A stretch of 60,747 nucleotides of DNA, filler included, from Basidiobolus ranarum (lineage: Eukaryota), in the NCBI GenBank assembly GCA_040143965.1. It is 9 parts of 9 records of this genome, joined end to end, with 100 filler letters (N's around TTAATTAATTAA, not from the genome) between each part and the next. Parts side by side here need not be neighbours in the genome. Positions count along the whole stretch, not along the records: positions 13,547 to 20,213 come from JASJQH010008147.1; positions 20,314 to 26,976 come from JASJQH010008148.1; positions 27,077 to 33,736 come from JASJQH010008149.1; 6 more parts are not named here. The stretch is one strand, 5' to 3'. Both the position numbers and the translations under genes were made by a program. Positions 13,547-28,131 of this stretch are shown one piece after another. Position 1 is the stretch's first letter; each line of letters starts with the position of its first letter. The notes beneath the pieces are model-generated. The model was not told the DNA's origin. It was given only the letters and a program-made list of their open reading frames with translations, and did not search any database.

Positions 13547-14473
13547 CACCATGGATTAAAGAGGTGGTATCATCGCTCAGATGCTTGCTAAACCATGTGA
13601 GGATTTTCTTGAATCCAGGAAGTTCACCAACAGCTACTCCTTGCTCATTAGTTACTTCAGATTGGATTTGGGAAATCCTGCCAAGAGATTTGATTTGTCT
13701 TGCATAAAACCCAGAGTCTTTGCCATAGTCTCCAAGACCAATCTTTCTAAAATCAGTCGAATGAAGCTTCGCCAAAGTAGAAACTGCAGAATTCCAGCTG
13801 ACATAGAGCATGTTAGTTTCGTTGATTTTAGCAGTGAGTCATTGGAAAATTGATTTTGTTACCAGTCTCTACGCTCTTTAGGGGGCAGGTCCTTGAAATG
13901 AACCTCAGTGTAGATACGACCGTTTACAAATTCCATGACCTACAAGTAATCGGTTAGTATGGTTGGATAAAACTTTATGAGCCTAAAAAGATGAAGAATA
14001 CTAACATAGAAAGGAGTACCGATGATATCGCTATCTTCACAGAGACAATAAACTTTTGGTACTGGAAGATCGGTATTCTTACTCAAAGCCGATAAAATTT
14101 TGTATTCTCTCTCTACTGCATGAGCAGTGCGAGAAAGAATTTGACCAGGTGGCTTTTTACGCACAACATATTTTGTATTGCTAATAAAGAGATTTGAAAT
14201 AAATATAATTTTCGAAAAGGTCAGAGAAGATAATCCTTTCAGAAAAAGGTCCTTACTTGGCATCGATTAATAAATAGGTTGGATTACTTTGACCAAAAGC
14301 AAACTGCTGTAATTCAAATGGGGCTTTAAAACCGGTCACATTTTCAACCAGGTATGCTTCTAGCTTGGTAGAATCAATCTCATGTCTAAGAAAGTAAGTT
14401 ACAACCTTGATAGCTTTGCCAAAAAGAAACAGATATCTTACCTGACTGCAGTTGTTGCTTGGCCAGCGGTCAT
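13547..14473 (-). CDS. APH/choline-kinase-family phosphotransferase (ACAD10/ACAD11 N-terminal kinase-like), 3' truncated
   Basis: Spliced reading (first intron 14386-14441): [23 protein letters not shown]...[13 protein letters not shown]...[55 protein letters not shown]...LAKLH...[16 protein letters not shown]...SLIHG (cut before the HGD motif is complete). Confidence 0.9.
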
Positions 14474-14858
14474 GATGTTCTTGGAGATAAAGTTAAAGAA
14501 AAATGGGGATACCTCTTAGTTCTTCTCAATGCTAATAGCAAACAGCAGCAGGTAGATGAGATTTATTAAATACGTAGGCTTGGTTATAACCAGATGGGAA
14601 ATAAGTCAGTCACACTCACACATATTTCAACGGAATACGCTGCCGTTGTAGTGAATATTAAAATTTCATTGGCAAAACCACATCGACAACTGGATTCACC
14701 TTTGTCATCTCAAATACACAAACATCCGAGATTCAGAAATCTAATCAAACTGCATGTGTACACTATTGCTAACATGAGTAGATTTAGCGCGTGATATTTC
14801 ATTCATTCGTCATAAAATCAAGTAGATGAGAATATGGCTTTTATTATGCATTGGATAT

Positions 14859-16072
14859 TCATTGATGAAGGGAATGGTGTTCAACAACAACTCTTTTGGA
14901 AGGCAAACCACGTCCTAAGGATTAAGGTAGTTGAGCCTATGAAACAATCATTCAATCTGAAGGCAGTATACTTTACCTGGAACATCAACGTACAGATATC
15001 TGTACTCCCATTTACCTTTCCCGGTCTAGCAAAATAAGAGTTAAGCATTTGTACTATGCGATATATATAAGAATATAGCTTTACTTTTGTCATATCCACG
15101 TGCGCTTCACCGGTGTTATCAGGTCCCTCGACAAAGAATCGCATTAGCATATGTGTCGTGCCTGCAGCATCATCAACTACTTGAGAGCTGTCACGGTACA
15201 AGAAAGATTGGATTAGTTGAGGATAACAAGTGAGTGAATATGGAGCACCTTACGCAATTCTTCTATTTCGACGTCTTTGACTCGAGGAGGGCTCACCATA
15301 CCCTTTAATGGGGCTTCCAAGTACTGCTTGTAGCTTCAAAATGTTAAGAAAATACATGAGCAAAGATAGTCAGGAAAATATTTTCTCGAGGGAAATTGAC
15401 ATACTTCATCGTTAACTCTAATTTTATCGAGGGCGTCTCCAAAAACATGAGTAGAGCTTTCAGAACCAAAGAGTTCCGAAGAAAGATAATAAACAATGGT
15501 TCCTATTTCACCATTTGGTTAGATATGTGCCATGGCGGTACGTTAAACCGAAATCGTAATTGATTGCTACCTAATATGCCAACACCTAGAGCGATAATTC
15601 CAAGGTTGGTGGTGGTTTTACCAGCTGCAACAACTATTCAGACATGAAAGATTAATACATAAATCACAATAAGAAAGTACATTTTTACTTTCAACACCTT
15701 TTTCACCAGTGGTAAGTTCACTCCATTCCTTTTTCCCGCTCCCTTCAACTAATGACCTGTTACTAGCAAATCTCTTTATTTGGTGTCCTGTAAGAACTCT
15801 TCTCTCAATAGTTGTAGTAGTATGTAGACCAAGGGAGTCTACACTTAAAAGTCTTGTGTATTCAAAATTTAATTGGGGAAATATTACGTTAAGTCAATTT
15901 GCATTTACCTTTTTCTAATAAGAGAGTTAGAGATCAGAAGCCTTTGAGGGAACTGAAATCTATTTTCCAACAGTTTGTAAGCATAATATATTTTTAGATG
16001 TTGTCGAGAAATAACTTTATTTACTAACCTAGTTAAAGTACTGGTGGTTTGTTTGACTGTCGAGGTGAGCAT
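14859..16072 (-). CDS. TIM21: Mitochondrial inner membrane translocase subunit Tim21 (multi-exon)
   Basis: Basic presequence, KEWSELTTGEK, a TM segment NLGIIALGVGILG, ELFGSESST, LGSPIKGYGEPSSSQRRRNRRI, HMLMRFFVEG, WEYRYLYVDVPG, then GRGLPSKRVVVEHHSLHQ* after the last intron. Confidence 0.88.
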
Positions 16073-17181
16073 ATTTTCACAATATTCACAACTGAGTTGC
16101 TTCAAATACACGGCGCCTTGTACTACTGATTTGATGGATCAAATGACGCCACCAAAGGATTTTATATTTGAGGGAAATTGAATTTCTTATAGAATTTACA
16201 GTTGTGGCTGTCAGGTTGAGTTTGTGCTAAACTTCTTACACATGCTTGAGAATTGAGTTTTCCAAAACTTCAGACCTCATTGATTGGGTTAGTTTCTGAT
16301 TTGACCAAGGGTATTGTACAGTATACTGATGATCATGATATAGTTGCAAGAGCTGTAAAGGCAAGTTGTCAGAAATAATAAGGTGCTTTTGGGAGAAACC
16401 TTGGTGTAGCTCCTTTTTATTTAATCACAACAGGGCTTCGTCCACAACTCCCCATCAATGATTTCAAGAGCAATCAGGGCAGACAATCTTCCGAGAATTT
16501 GGCTTTCATTGGCAAGTAGTTTTGTTATCAGCAGCTGCATATCAAGGAACCTTTTATTTATCTTGCGCTTTGTCACCGTTATTATTTCGTAAGACCTATT
16601 GGGGTCTAAATTTAAAAGGAGTCCTCCAATTAGCTAGGTACGTATGCTCTTATTGTTGTACATTTTCAGAATACCTATGACTGAGAGATACTGATACTTT
16701 TTTGCAACCTCAATTATTGACAGGTTTCCTCTGAAAGATAATTTTCTTTCTGTATACTGACAGTTAGATTACAGTTATGAGAAAATGGAGAAAAGTAGGC
16801 ATACTATTCAAAGCAAAAGTGGCAACTTGTAGATTGAGTGTAAGAGAGAGTATCTAAGAAAATAGTGCTGTATATATATGCACTCAAAACTGACCCATCA
16901 TCAATGCGGCATATAAATACTGTTTTCATGGGTATAAGCAATGCCAATAATGCAATACTCTCAGGAGTTGATATTCAAATATATATGAAAACATGGTGTT
17001 ATTTGGATATTCCTTGACTTGTATGCATCTAAATATTGATATTTACAGATGCTAATGTATACTTTTGAATCACTGTTGGTGACAGTGTTATAACATACTG
17101 ACATATGGCTAGTGTACATCATGAGAAGGTTTATGATACACACTTACAACTGATTCCACTTTCTGAAATACACCAAGTATG

Positions 17182-18071
17182 TGTTGAAATTAGCATTGCC
17201 TAAACACTTATATAGTCATATATAGCTTAGCACTTAGTTATTTTATATATTACTAAGATATTGCCCATTATTTTCATGAGGAATTTACTTAGAATATTTG
17301 TACCAACTTAGAAGCTCTCAGATATATAGGTTTTCAAACTTATGCTAGAAGCCCCACACTTTGCACACATGCTCCTGGGACCTTCCTTAACACATTCTAC
17401 ACTTTAGTTTGTTTACATCTTGACAAAACTATAAATGTCAACTGAATAGTAAATAAATCAATAAGTGAAAACCACCAATTTCTCCAATTCTCCAAACCAC
17501 TTCCAACCGCCTCCCAAATACTTTAGCAGTATGTTCCAAAAGCTAATGGTTAACTGCTTCTGCTTATAGGTTTTGTGAAATTTTTGCTATAGAGTGATAA
17601 GCACACAAAAGAGCTTCCATTGTTTCACTAAAGAATCAAACATTTGATCATCTTCATAGTTATGACCACTACCACTACCATCATACCATACCACTAACGC
17701 CACATCCCACATTACTATAGATTGTTAACGTATTTTGGGAGCCTGTTGGAAGTGGTTTGGAGAATTAGAGCAATTGGTGGTTTTCATTCATTGGTTTATT
17801 GAGTATTAAGTTACCATTCATAGTTTTGTAAAAGATGTAAGCAAACTAGAGTGTAGAGTGTGTTAAGAAAGGTCCCAGGAGCATGTGTGGAAAGTTTGGG
17901 GCTCCTGGCACAAGTTTGAAAAATCTGTATATCTGAGAGCTTCTAAGTTGGTCTCAATATTCTAAGTAAATTTCGATTGAGAATAATGGGTAATATCTTA
18001 GTCAATACAGAATAACTAAATACTAAGCTATATATGACTCTATAGATATTTAGACAATGCTAATTTTAACA
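17182..18071. mobile_element. Non-autonomous foldback/MITE-like element with about 350-bp terminal inverted repeats
   Basis: Left arm TGTTGAAATTAGCATTGCCTAAAC...CCAAACCACTTCCAACCGCCTCCCAAATAC (17182 to about 17530) is the diverged reverse complement of about 17725-18071 (...GACAATGCTAATTTTAACA). The centre is about 190 bp and non-coding. No TSD was recognised. Confidence 0.85.
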
Positions 18072-20126
18072 TAGATCGTACGAACCTTCAGATGCGCTCG
18101 CATTTATGACTAAAACTGCTGAGAGTGCAAGTAATAGTTGTGCGGTTGAGCATTTCATCGCTGAGATAATTGTGAGCATTTTGTGGTTGAGATAATTATG
18201 AGCATTATCAATTTCTCATCTCATTCACCCACACTTCAAGGTTCACTCTTTAGTCGACATTTGCATCATGAAAATCGATTCATCGCTTGCTATTGTGCCA
18301 ATAAACCAAGTGCAAATGTGCTAACTTCTCTAGTCATTTTATCACCCTGTTTAAGGAGGGAGCTGATGGCTTCTGATGAATATGAGAATATGCTTATGCC
18401 AACTTTCTCATAGGCTTACCACCTTAATAGTACAATTATATGGAAAGGGTAACCATGTAAACACTGAACACTAACGTATCCAGCTCTACCTTACAGAACC
18501 GTATGTTTTATATTAGTGACCAACTACTACACTCAATGCTCCTGTTTGCGCTTAGTAACCTTTTTAAATTTTCTGCCATTAAGCGGTTTTATGAATCGGA
18601 GGAAAAAAAGCCTGATAAGGATAAATAATAGATATTTTCATTTTGGCAATTGAACCATAAATAGTACTTGCCATATTGAGTGACTTATTCTTTTTTACCT
18701 CGGTGTGAAGAAAGCAAGCTTGCTAGCGACCGGAATATTTGCTATTCATGAGTGTCCAGATCACTATTTTGGTACAACAGATGTGGATGCCACCGTATAT
18801 CCTATTCCGTCTCGAATACAACTTCTTGCTGGTGATCTAGTTCAAGTAGCTCAAGTTAAGGGCATGCTTGACTAGCCGAAGCGATGGGAGTCAAAAATAG
18901 AGCGAGCTAGATACGTCGCTTAAAATGCAAATGGAGACCTTTCTACTTACAATGTAACCAAGGTATGATTGCACATCTACTCAATTTACAGTATCTCTGA
19001 GTGATTGGCGGGCATATGGAGACTAAAGCTTCGAGCATTAGCGCTTCAATGGAGATATTATTGGAAAGAACTGCCTGGTTAAGGAAATTTTGGATGTAAT
19101 AATCTGGGTGCGTGGTATTACCCATCCATCATGGCCGATTTACCAAAAACTCTTCCTTGATTTACAAATTGCTTGTATAGTGAAGATTAAATATGGGTGT
19201 TGGTTTTCGTTATGGAAAGGCCAAACGCTGTATTAAAGGGATGCGTATCGCCACAAAGTGGCTGTTGAAAGAGGCACTGAAACCTTTTACATAAGGAGTT
19301 ACGCCGGTGAAACATAGAGTTGGGTATATAGGTATATGTATGTACTAGGAACAGTGCTCTATTGTAAGAGTATATTTGACTGGACGTGCTATATATATTT
19401 GTGATGCGTGGCATTTCATATTAGTTACTATGTGTAGATCGTGGCAATTAAACCAAAACTGAAATTAGCCTCCAATCGCCAGCCATGAATATTAACAAAA
19501 GCTTCCAAGAAAATTAACAAATAGACTGACATATGAATGCGAATGATAAACTTCGCTTGGGTCTACCCACACAATGTTTCTATTTGTGTACAGTGGCTTT
19601 TTAAGCTTTCTGCTACTAAGCAATCTTTCGGATTGAAGGAGAAAGAGCCTGATATGGATACATTTTAGATATCTCCATTTTGTCAACATTGGTTCTGTAA
19701 TTTAACTATAAATGGTAACCGATCATTTTCAGTGATTTTATCCTTTTTTGCTGAAACCCTTCTCTTGATTGCGTTGAAGAGCACAGCGCTTTCTTCCTTG
19801 CTCTGAGTATCGCGCAAGTATGATCGTTATAGGTTTTGCGTTATTCTTCTCAAGCTTGAGATTCTTACTTGGTCGATAGACTGCCTTTATCCTTAGTACC
19901 AATGGTCGCTAGTTTACGAAAATATTCGTAAGTACTGAAAGAAAACTCTTTTTGGTGGAGATATTGGATGCTTTTAATTGATTCCATAAATGGCAATCAG
20001 CTAATAAACGGTATGATCCTCATTTCCAATGTCGAGACCAACAAAGGCTCCATTATTTTGTATAAAAGTGTTGTCCCTCAAAGTCACCATCCTCACTATC
20101 TACTCTCCAATTACTACTTCTTAACT

Positions 20127-20213
20127 ATGACTGTGGACAACACTGCCGAAGCCCCCAAAGTCTCAACAAGTTCAGAGTCTCATCCTACCGCTTTTCTCCA
20201 TGTAAGCGCCAAT
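20127..20213 (+). CDS. 5' fragment of an unidentified gene (truncated at contig end)
   Basis: TATAAAA at 20061, ATG at 20127 (MTVDNTAEAPKVSTSSESHPTAFLH), then a GTAAGC donor-like site just before the gap. Confidence 0.45.
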
Positions 20214-20313
20214 NNNNNNNNNNNNNNNNNNNNNNNNNNNNNNNNNNNNNNNNNNNNTTAATTAATTAANNNNNNNNNNNNNNNNNNNNNNNNNNNNNNN
20301 NNNNNNNNNNNNN
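20214..20313. other. Artificial contig spacer
   Basis: N44-TTAATTAATTAA-N44. Confidence 0.99.
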
Positions 20314-20363
20314 AAATCCAGCGGCTCTCCACGGCCTGCTGGAGTTTGCTCTCTTGATGCCAT
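20314..20363 (-). CDS. Possible 5' fragment of an Lsm3-like gene, divergent from FCP1
   Basis: MASREQTPAGRGEPLD(L/F) runs into the gap. EPLDL is how Lsm3 proteins begin their Sm domain, but only 16 codons are visible. Confidence 0.2.
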
Positions 20364-21163
20364 ACATCACTATTCAAGATTTGGTAGAATATGGGTTATA
20401 GTAAGATATTAGAAGAGATAATGGTCGGTTGTCCAATGATTTACAAAACTACACAAATTGGTCGAATAACTTCAAATTTTACCTGATTAGCATTGGCTGA
20501 GTAGCGTATGATGCTAAATCGTAACCGCGCTATGAAATTGATTCCTATACTTTGATACAAATTCATATAAAAATAAAAATAATTTCTGATTACCAATTAT
20601 CGATATTATGCGATATATGACCAAAGCTTTTGAACTGTTCAAATTCGTCATATTGGCGGATCGCATTACACTGCACATCAATTTCATCTCACTGATTCTC
20701 ACCGCCTGTATTACTAACCAAGGTGCATTAGTTAGCGATAAAGATATCTTTTAGGCCCTATCTTTAGTATGACCGCCGAACGTGCGCAGCTGGAGCTCGT
20801 TCCGACTGAATGCTAATCTTTGCACCCCCTTTACTGGATCCGTGTAAATCTATTTATCAAAGTCATGGTGCATCATTTTCAGAATTTTTTTGAAACGACT
20901 GCACCCGGGGTTTTTACATTCAAATTTGAGATTCAGTTCAGTTACTTCACCTAAATTCAATCGATTTCATACCACTTACTGGTTATACATATCCTTTGTG
21001 ATCAACTGTATCCGAGTTTTTATTCTTTAACCTTTTATTTCGCGCCATATATCTTGAATTCGAACACTACGCGTATTCTTCTCCTAGATCAGCGTGTTTA
21101 CCTTAGATAAATTAGAATTGATAACTCCCAAGCTCATTAGACCTACCAGGTGGCTCCCGTTAA

Positions 21164-24100
21164 ATGGAAACCATACGCGACATTTACATACCGGAGGAAC
21201 ATTTACCTGCAACGGTAATATCCTTTAAGGTTTCTCCCCAAGATGAAATTGAAAAATACCAAGTTGTTTGTCTATATGAACATATAACTACTGAAGAGGT
21301 TAAAGGCGAGCGTGACCCTGACTTTCCGAAACAAGAGCCAGAAGTTAAATTGGTTATCCGAAATGTACGAGAAGAACTTTTTAGTCCTTTTGAAGGGACT
21401 GTCGAGAAAATCTTGGTGACAGTTGGAGATAGAATTACAGAAAAGGGGTAAGTTGAAATGTGCCATTGTATTAGGGAATGTTTCAATTAACTTTTTGTAT
21501 TAATTTTGAAGTCATCCCATCCTAACTGTAAAGGAACCATGTAGTCATGGGATGCAATTTAATGGATTGTGTGCTTTTTGTGCCAAAGATTTAAGCGTGT
21601 ATGTACATTTGTGACATCTTTCACTGATTCAGTTAACTATAGCTAATTTTTTATAGTCCCGATTTTGGCGGCTCCGACACAAATCGTGCCACAATTAACA
21701 TGACCCATGACGCTTTTGGCCTTAGAGTAAGCACAGAGGTAAGTTTGATTCTTAAAAGGATAATGGTCGTAGCAACGACTAAGCCGGCTATCTTATTTAG
21801 GAAGCAGAACGTTTGGAGAAAGAAACTTCTGATAGACTTCTCCGCTCTCGCAAACTTTCATTAATTGTAGATTTAGATCAAACCATTATTCATGCTGCCG
21901 TTGATCCTACTATTGAGGACTGGATGAATGATGAGAACAACATTAATCACGCTGCTACAAACGTAAGAGGCCCTGATTATTTAAGGTTTTTGTAGTTGTC
22001 TAACTATCAGAAATCTAGGAAATTGCCAAGTTTGTTTTGCCAGACAGCCCTACTGTTTACTACATAAAGCTACGGTAATTGTCATTTTTTTTGCTCACAT
22101 AGAGTTGATAATAACATAACCTTTCAGTCCTGGGTTGAGGGAGTTCTTAAAAGAGATCACCAAGATCTACGAACTTCACATCTACACAATGGGTACGCGT
22201 AACTATGCCTCTGCGGTCGCCAATGTAATCGACCCAGATAAGGAGTTTTTCAAAGAGAGAATTCTTTCTCGAGATGAGAGTGGAAGTACGTATATGTCTC
22301 TTGAGTATTTCATCCGTATATACTAACTTATGGTTATTTGTAGGTATGACTCAAAAAACCATTCAACGACTCTTTCCATGTGATACATCCATGGTAGTAA
22401 TCATTGATGATCGTGGGGACGTATGGCAATGGTCCCCTAATCTTATCAAAGTCAATCCATGTAAGCGCGGACTCTATTGTATAGTGGATTCTGTAGTAAT
22501 ATGTACTGATTTTGTAAATTCCTAGATGATTTCTTTGTTGGTATAGGCGATATCAATGGTTCTTTCCTTCCCAAGCAAGAGGTAATTTCTCATTTTTTTG
22601 CATGAGAGTTTGTTGAAACTGTCTAAACTTTCAAGTGATCATTCATAGACCGTCCCGATGAAATCAAATGATAAAATGACGAATCCCAAGTTGTCTATGA
22701 CAAAAGCTAGTCAAAAGGCCGCTGACAAAAATGAGGATGGTAACGTAGCTATTGTACCATGTGGAGATTTAATGTTGGATACTTATTAGAGTAAAATATA
22801 GATCAAGTGGACGAAACTGTGTTAGCTCAACAGGAGCAAGAGCAAAACGAAATCATGGAGAGCCAAAAGGCAAATAAACCACTGCAGCAACTTCAGCAAC
22901 AACAGCAAGAGCAGGTCGAACAAAAGCCCATTCTCATTGATAATGACATGGAGCTATCCATGCTGCTTAAAGTAATCTATCTCATACGAATTGTATTGCT
23001 ACATCAATACTAACTTTGCTACTTTTTTAGGTTTTACAAGATATTCATAGCAAATTCTATCAAGAATATGAGCTAGTCGAATCCCAGGAAAGTGGCACAA
23101 ACCGCCGGGTTCTTCCGGATGTAAAGGTAAGATCTCTGTAGATTACTATTTTCTTCACATGCTTGCTCAACCACCTTGTTCCAATTGACTAGAATATCAT
23201 CCCATCGATGAAAAACCGTGTCCTTAAAAATACCAATATCGTATTTAGTAGTGTAATCCCTCTTGGTTATGATCCCACAAAGTAAGATAGACATCTTTGG
23301 TAGATTCTATAAATTTTCATTCTTTTTAAATGCGTCTTTATAGGTCAGACATTTGGTGTTTAGCTCGTAGTTTTGGCGCTCAGTGCTCTACAAATTTAAA
23401 CAGCCAAATTACTCATATAGTTGCTGGCAAGGTAAGTCAAGCTTACTGAAGACATACTGGAATTTTGCTAATACTGTTATACTAGCCTGGAACTGCCAAG
23501 GTGAATCATGCCCGTAAAATGGCCGACGTATTTGTTGTCAGACCTGAATGGTAGGTGCATTCCTGTGAAAGTATATACTTAACAATTAACTATAACATCG
23601 ATGTGTTTAGGCTCTTCGATTCGATTTCTCGTTGGGAACGTCAAGATGAACGATTGTATTCCATTGACGATTCTCCCTCGGCACAAAGTACATTAAACTC
23701 CATGGCACCCCAATCAGATGAAGAGGTATTCGAGTTTGGAGGCCAGGTATTAGCCAATGGGGCTAATGAGGAAGATGAGGATGATCAATTAATGATCGAC
23801 GACAATGAAATGAACGAACATATGATGCGTATGGATTGGGGAGATGCTGCACGTGAGGTTGAGGAGTTCCTAGATGATTCTGATTTCAACACTGCTACTT
23901 CAGAAGTGGATTCAGAGAAAGATGATGATGGTGACGATGGGTCTGCATTCCGGAAGCGCAAGTCAGGAGAATTCCTCGACCCTGAGTCTGTCGAATTCAA
24001 AGGCATAGAAGAATCAGAGAGAAATGGTATCAAGCGTATGCGAGCTCTTCGTGCTCACGCCTCCCCCCTAAAAAACTCGGTTAGTTTTATGGAAGATGAC

Positions 24101-24325
24101 GATTTTGAGATTCAATCAGATACAGTTGAAGATCAGAATGCTAGTGATGGGGTTGCTCGTGAGAGTGAAGGCGACGAAGCAGACCATACTGATGGGAACG
24201 AGCATGAATTAGATGATGACGACGATGACGATGATGATTTTTTGGATGATTTCACTAGAGAGATTGAAGAAGAGTTGAACAAACCTGGAACACCTTTACC
24301 TGGGACACCTTCACCATCTACGTAA
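21164..24325 (+). CDS. FCP1: RNA polymerase II CTD phosphatase Fcp1 (multi-exon)
   Basis: N-terminal biotinyl-like domain, EPCSH..FNGLCAFCAKDL, catalytic RKLSLIVDLDQTIIHA (DxDxT), YELHIYTMGTRNYA, RILSRDESG, RLFPCDTSMVVIIDDRGDVW, BRCT (THIVAGK.GTAKV...WLFDSISRWERQDE) and an acidic C-terminus. Confidence 0.95.
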
Positions 24326-24998
24326 AGTTATTTGAGATGAATGTTTATATCAATCGACTCGACTCTCAATCTTCTACTCTCAAGCATCTACACTTGTAAC
24401 CACCCACTATTAATCCCAAAACTTTACTATATTAGACATTCCTTTTCTTGTGATTTTCTTTGTATTCCACTTTCAAATGACCCTGAATAATTCGTTTCAA
24501 AGGGTAGTTAATCATTGAATAGTATCGCCTCTTTTGTGTTCACGTTCTTCTGGATATCGTCTCTTCTGAATTCTTGCGCTTTACTTTTTGGCTCACAGAT
24601 TATGTTGTACATAATAAAATTAAAGTTGTTCAAGTTTTTATCCACTAGAAGCGATCTGTTGCGTTTTGTACAAGATGTGACTCTCTTTGAGCGCATGATT
24701 GTGTTGAAACAACAAGACCTGTCTAAGATTGTAAAAATAAACTACCTTTCACCACTAAGCAATCTCATCTACTTAACCCTGACTTTTCATATGTTAGTTA
24801 AATTAAACACCATTTATACAAAAAGATACCCACAGGTTGAATGGAAACTCAATCTGATGTGTGAACTTAAGCCGAATTCAAATTGATTCCTAGAAATTTT
24901 TCTTTTTTTTTCGCAAGTATAGGATATTGACAGTAAAGTCTAATGGTCGTGTTTTTGCAGGTTCATCAATACCATCCAATATTTAGCTTGAAACACCG

Positions 24999-26095
<1,097 letters not shown>

Positions 26096-26636
26096 TTAAA
26101 AACTCAATAAACACCCTATTTTCTGACATACAATCAATTTACAGATTTCAAAATGGGATATTTTAATCACTTGCTTAAATCAAATGACGTCCGATCACTT
26201 ATTCATGTTTATCTGAATGGTTTTCGTAGGCTCTTATGGATGCAATTCTAGCGGGTTAGGGCTAGAGAACATAGTACTGTAAAATGAATGTTGTGGCTCT
26301 AGTTTGACCAATAATATTTTAGTAGGAATTAATTGGCTGAGATGGAAAAAAGCTATAAACACTTTTTTCTTTTTTTACTCAAGTGGGTAATATGATTCGT
26401 ACATTCCATTTAAGGATAGGCTCAATAACAATGGGGAAATGGAGAGGATAATAAAAATATTGCAAAGTCACCAAGAGCACCTACCTGACCTCGACCCCTG
26501 GCCTTAATATCTAGATGAAAAAAAGTTTCCATCAAAAAAACTGCATTCTCCCCTGTAGCCACATCATATAAACCCGTCTACCTGCAACTACATTCCTTCG
26601 CTGGATACTCCACCCTTTTATCTTCAACTCACCAAG

Positions 26637-26737
26637 GTACGTCAGGATTTACATGACGCGTCAACATGGTTCTTTATCGGTTGTCGTCCGCCAATTCAAT
26701 GTTTCGACATTCACTAATTTGCAACTATTTTGTTTAG
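26637..26737 (+). other. 5'-UTR intron of eIF5A
   Basis: AG|GTACGT donor, CACTAAT branch-like site at 26712, TTTAG acceptor 6 nt before the ATG; TATAAA upstream near 26567. Confidence 0.7.
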
Positions 26738-26743
26738 ATTAAG

Positions 26744-26976
26744 ATGTCTGACGACGAACAACATAACCACACCTTCGAGTCCGCCTCCTCCGGTGCTTCT
26801 CTTACCTACCCTATGCAATGTTCCGCTCTTCGTAAGCACGGGCACGTTGTCATCAAGGGACGTCCATGTAAGATTGTTGACATGTCAACCCCCAAGACTG
26901 GTAAGCACGGTCACGCCAAGGTTAACTTGGTTGCCATTGATATCTTCACTGGCAAGAAGCTTGAAGATCTTTCTCC
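26744..26976 (+). CDS. eIF5A: Translation factor eIF5A, 3' truncated
   Basis: [74 protein letters not shown]. Confidence 0.95.
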
Positions 26977-27076
26977 NNNNNNNNNNNNNNNNNNNNNNNN
27001 NNNNNNNNNNNNNNNNNNNNTTAATTAATTAANNNNNNNNNNNNNNNNNNNNNNNNNNNNNNNNNNNNNNNNNNNN
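26977..27076. other. Artificial contig spacer
   Basis: N44-TTAATTAATTAA-N44. Confidence 0.99.
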
Positions 27077-28131
27077 AAGCAGAATACTGGGTGATTCCCA
27101 GGATTTGGCGAAGCCGGTAGTAGGTACAAATATGTGGTTTTTGGTGTACGTTTGATTTGATTATCCTTTTGATCGATAATGTCAGAGTTTGTCATTCAAA
27201 ATTCTCGATTCCTGATGAATCCTGCGGATCATTTAGAGACGATGCTTGGACATCCATAAATGTTGCTAGGTAACTGAAGTGAATCGTCTCAGTATGCATT
27301 GATATGATAGTCATTGGTGAAGTACTTGCAGTATTTCTCCTATATCACGCAGTAGTCTCATGTTACGTGACATTTGTCGCATGAACGAAACAAGTAGATT
27401 CTCTAACTGAAAGCGCTAGGAGCATTTTATCAAATGACATGCACTAATTTCCCAAAATAAATATTACAAGTTTCCCTTGCCCACTTCCCTTGTTTTTACG
27501 CCACAATCCCTGTCATCTTCACTGGTTTGTATATTATGTAATGATTATCTACTATTTTATCATAGTTTATTTGATTTTCAACTGCATATCCAAAATCTCA
27601 ATTAAAATCAATCCCTGGACTATCATTGGTCAATCAAGGGTTCTTTTACTTACCGCAATATGTGAATTTGCATCTGATCTATATGCTTGGCTGTGGTGTA
27701 TGAAATCTCTGAATCATGACTCCATTATATTGAAATAGGGCCCACTCAATGGTACGATGAGGTGTAGTTTCGATTTTATTGGATTTATTGTGGCCCGTGC
27801 TGAGCATTCGAATATATGAATCTAATACATATATATGAATCTATTAAATCATTCCAACTCACCAGGCTCAGTTTACCGTTGGTTGATTCGCCTCCGTAAG
27901 ATGACACGTTAGAGTTTGTTCAGCTTAAATAATTATATAGTGTAATGAGGGTGTACAATAATTGCCATTTTGAGCTCTTCAGGTGATGTAATGATTGCCA
28001 AGATGTAAATTATAAATATTCGAGATGGGACGACAGTGGACTTTACATAGCCACATCAACTACTGGTTTAATCCGCCAACATTTCAAGTCTAAACAACTA
28101 AGATCGTTAACATTGACAATTATCAACTATA

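Noticed and set aside
18145-18210. Short duplicated motif TGAGATAATT(G/A)TGAGCATT next to the foldback element
   Set aside because: Only about 2.5 degenerate 26-bp units; no further structure.
18690-19420. Protein-like fragments on both strands (RIQLLAGD, HPFNTAFG)
   Set aside because: Short, on opposite strands and interrupted by stops; no coherent gene model.
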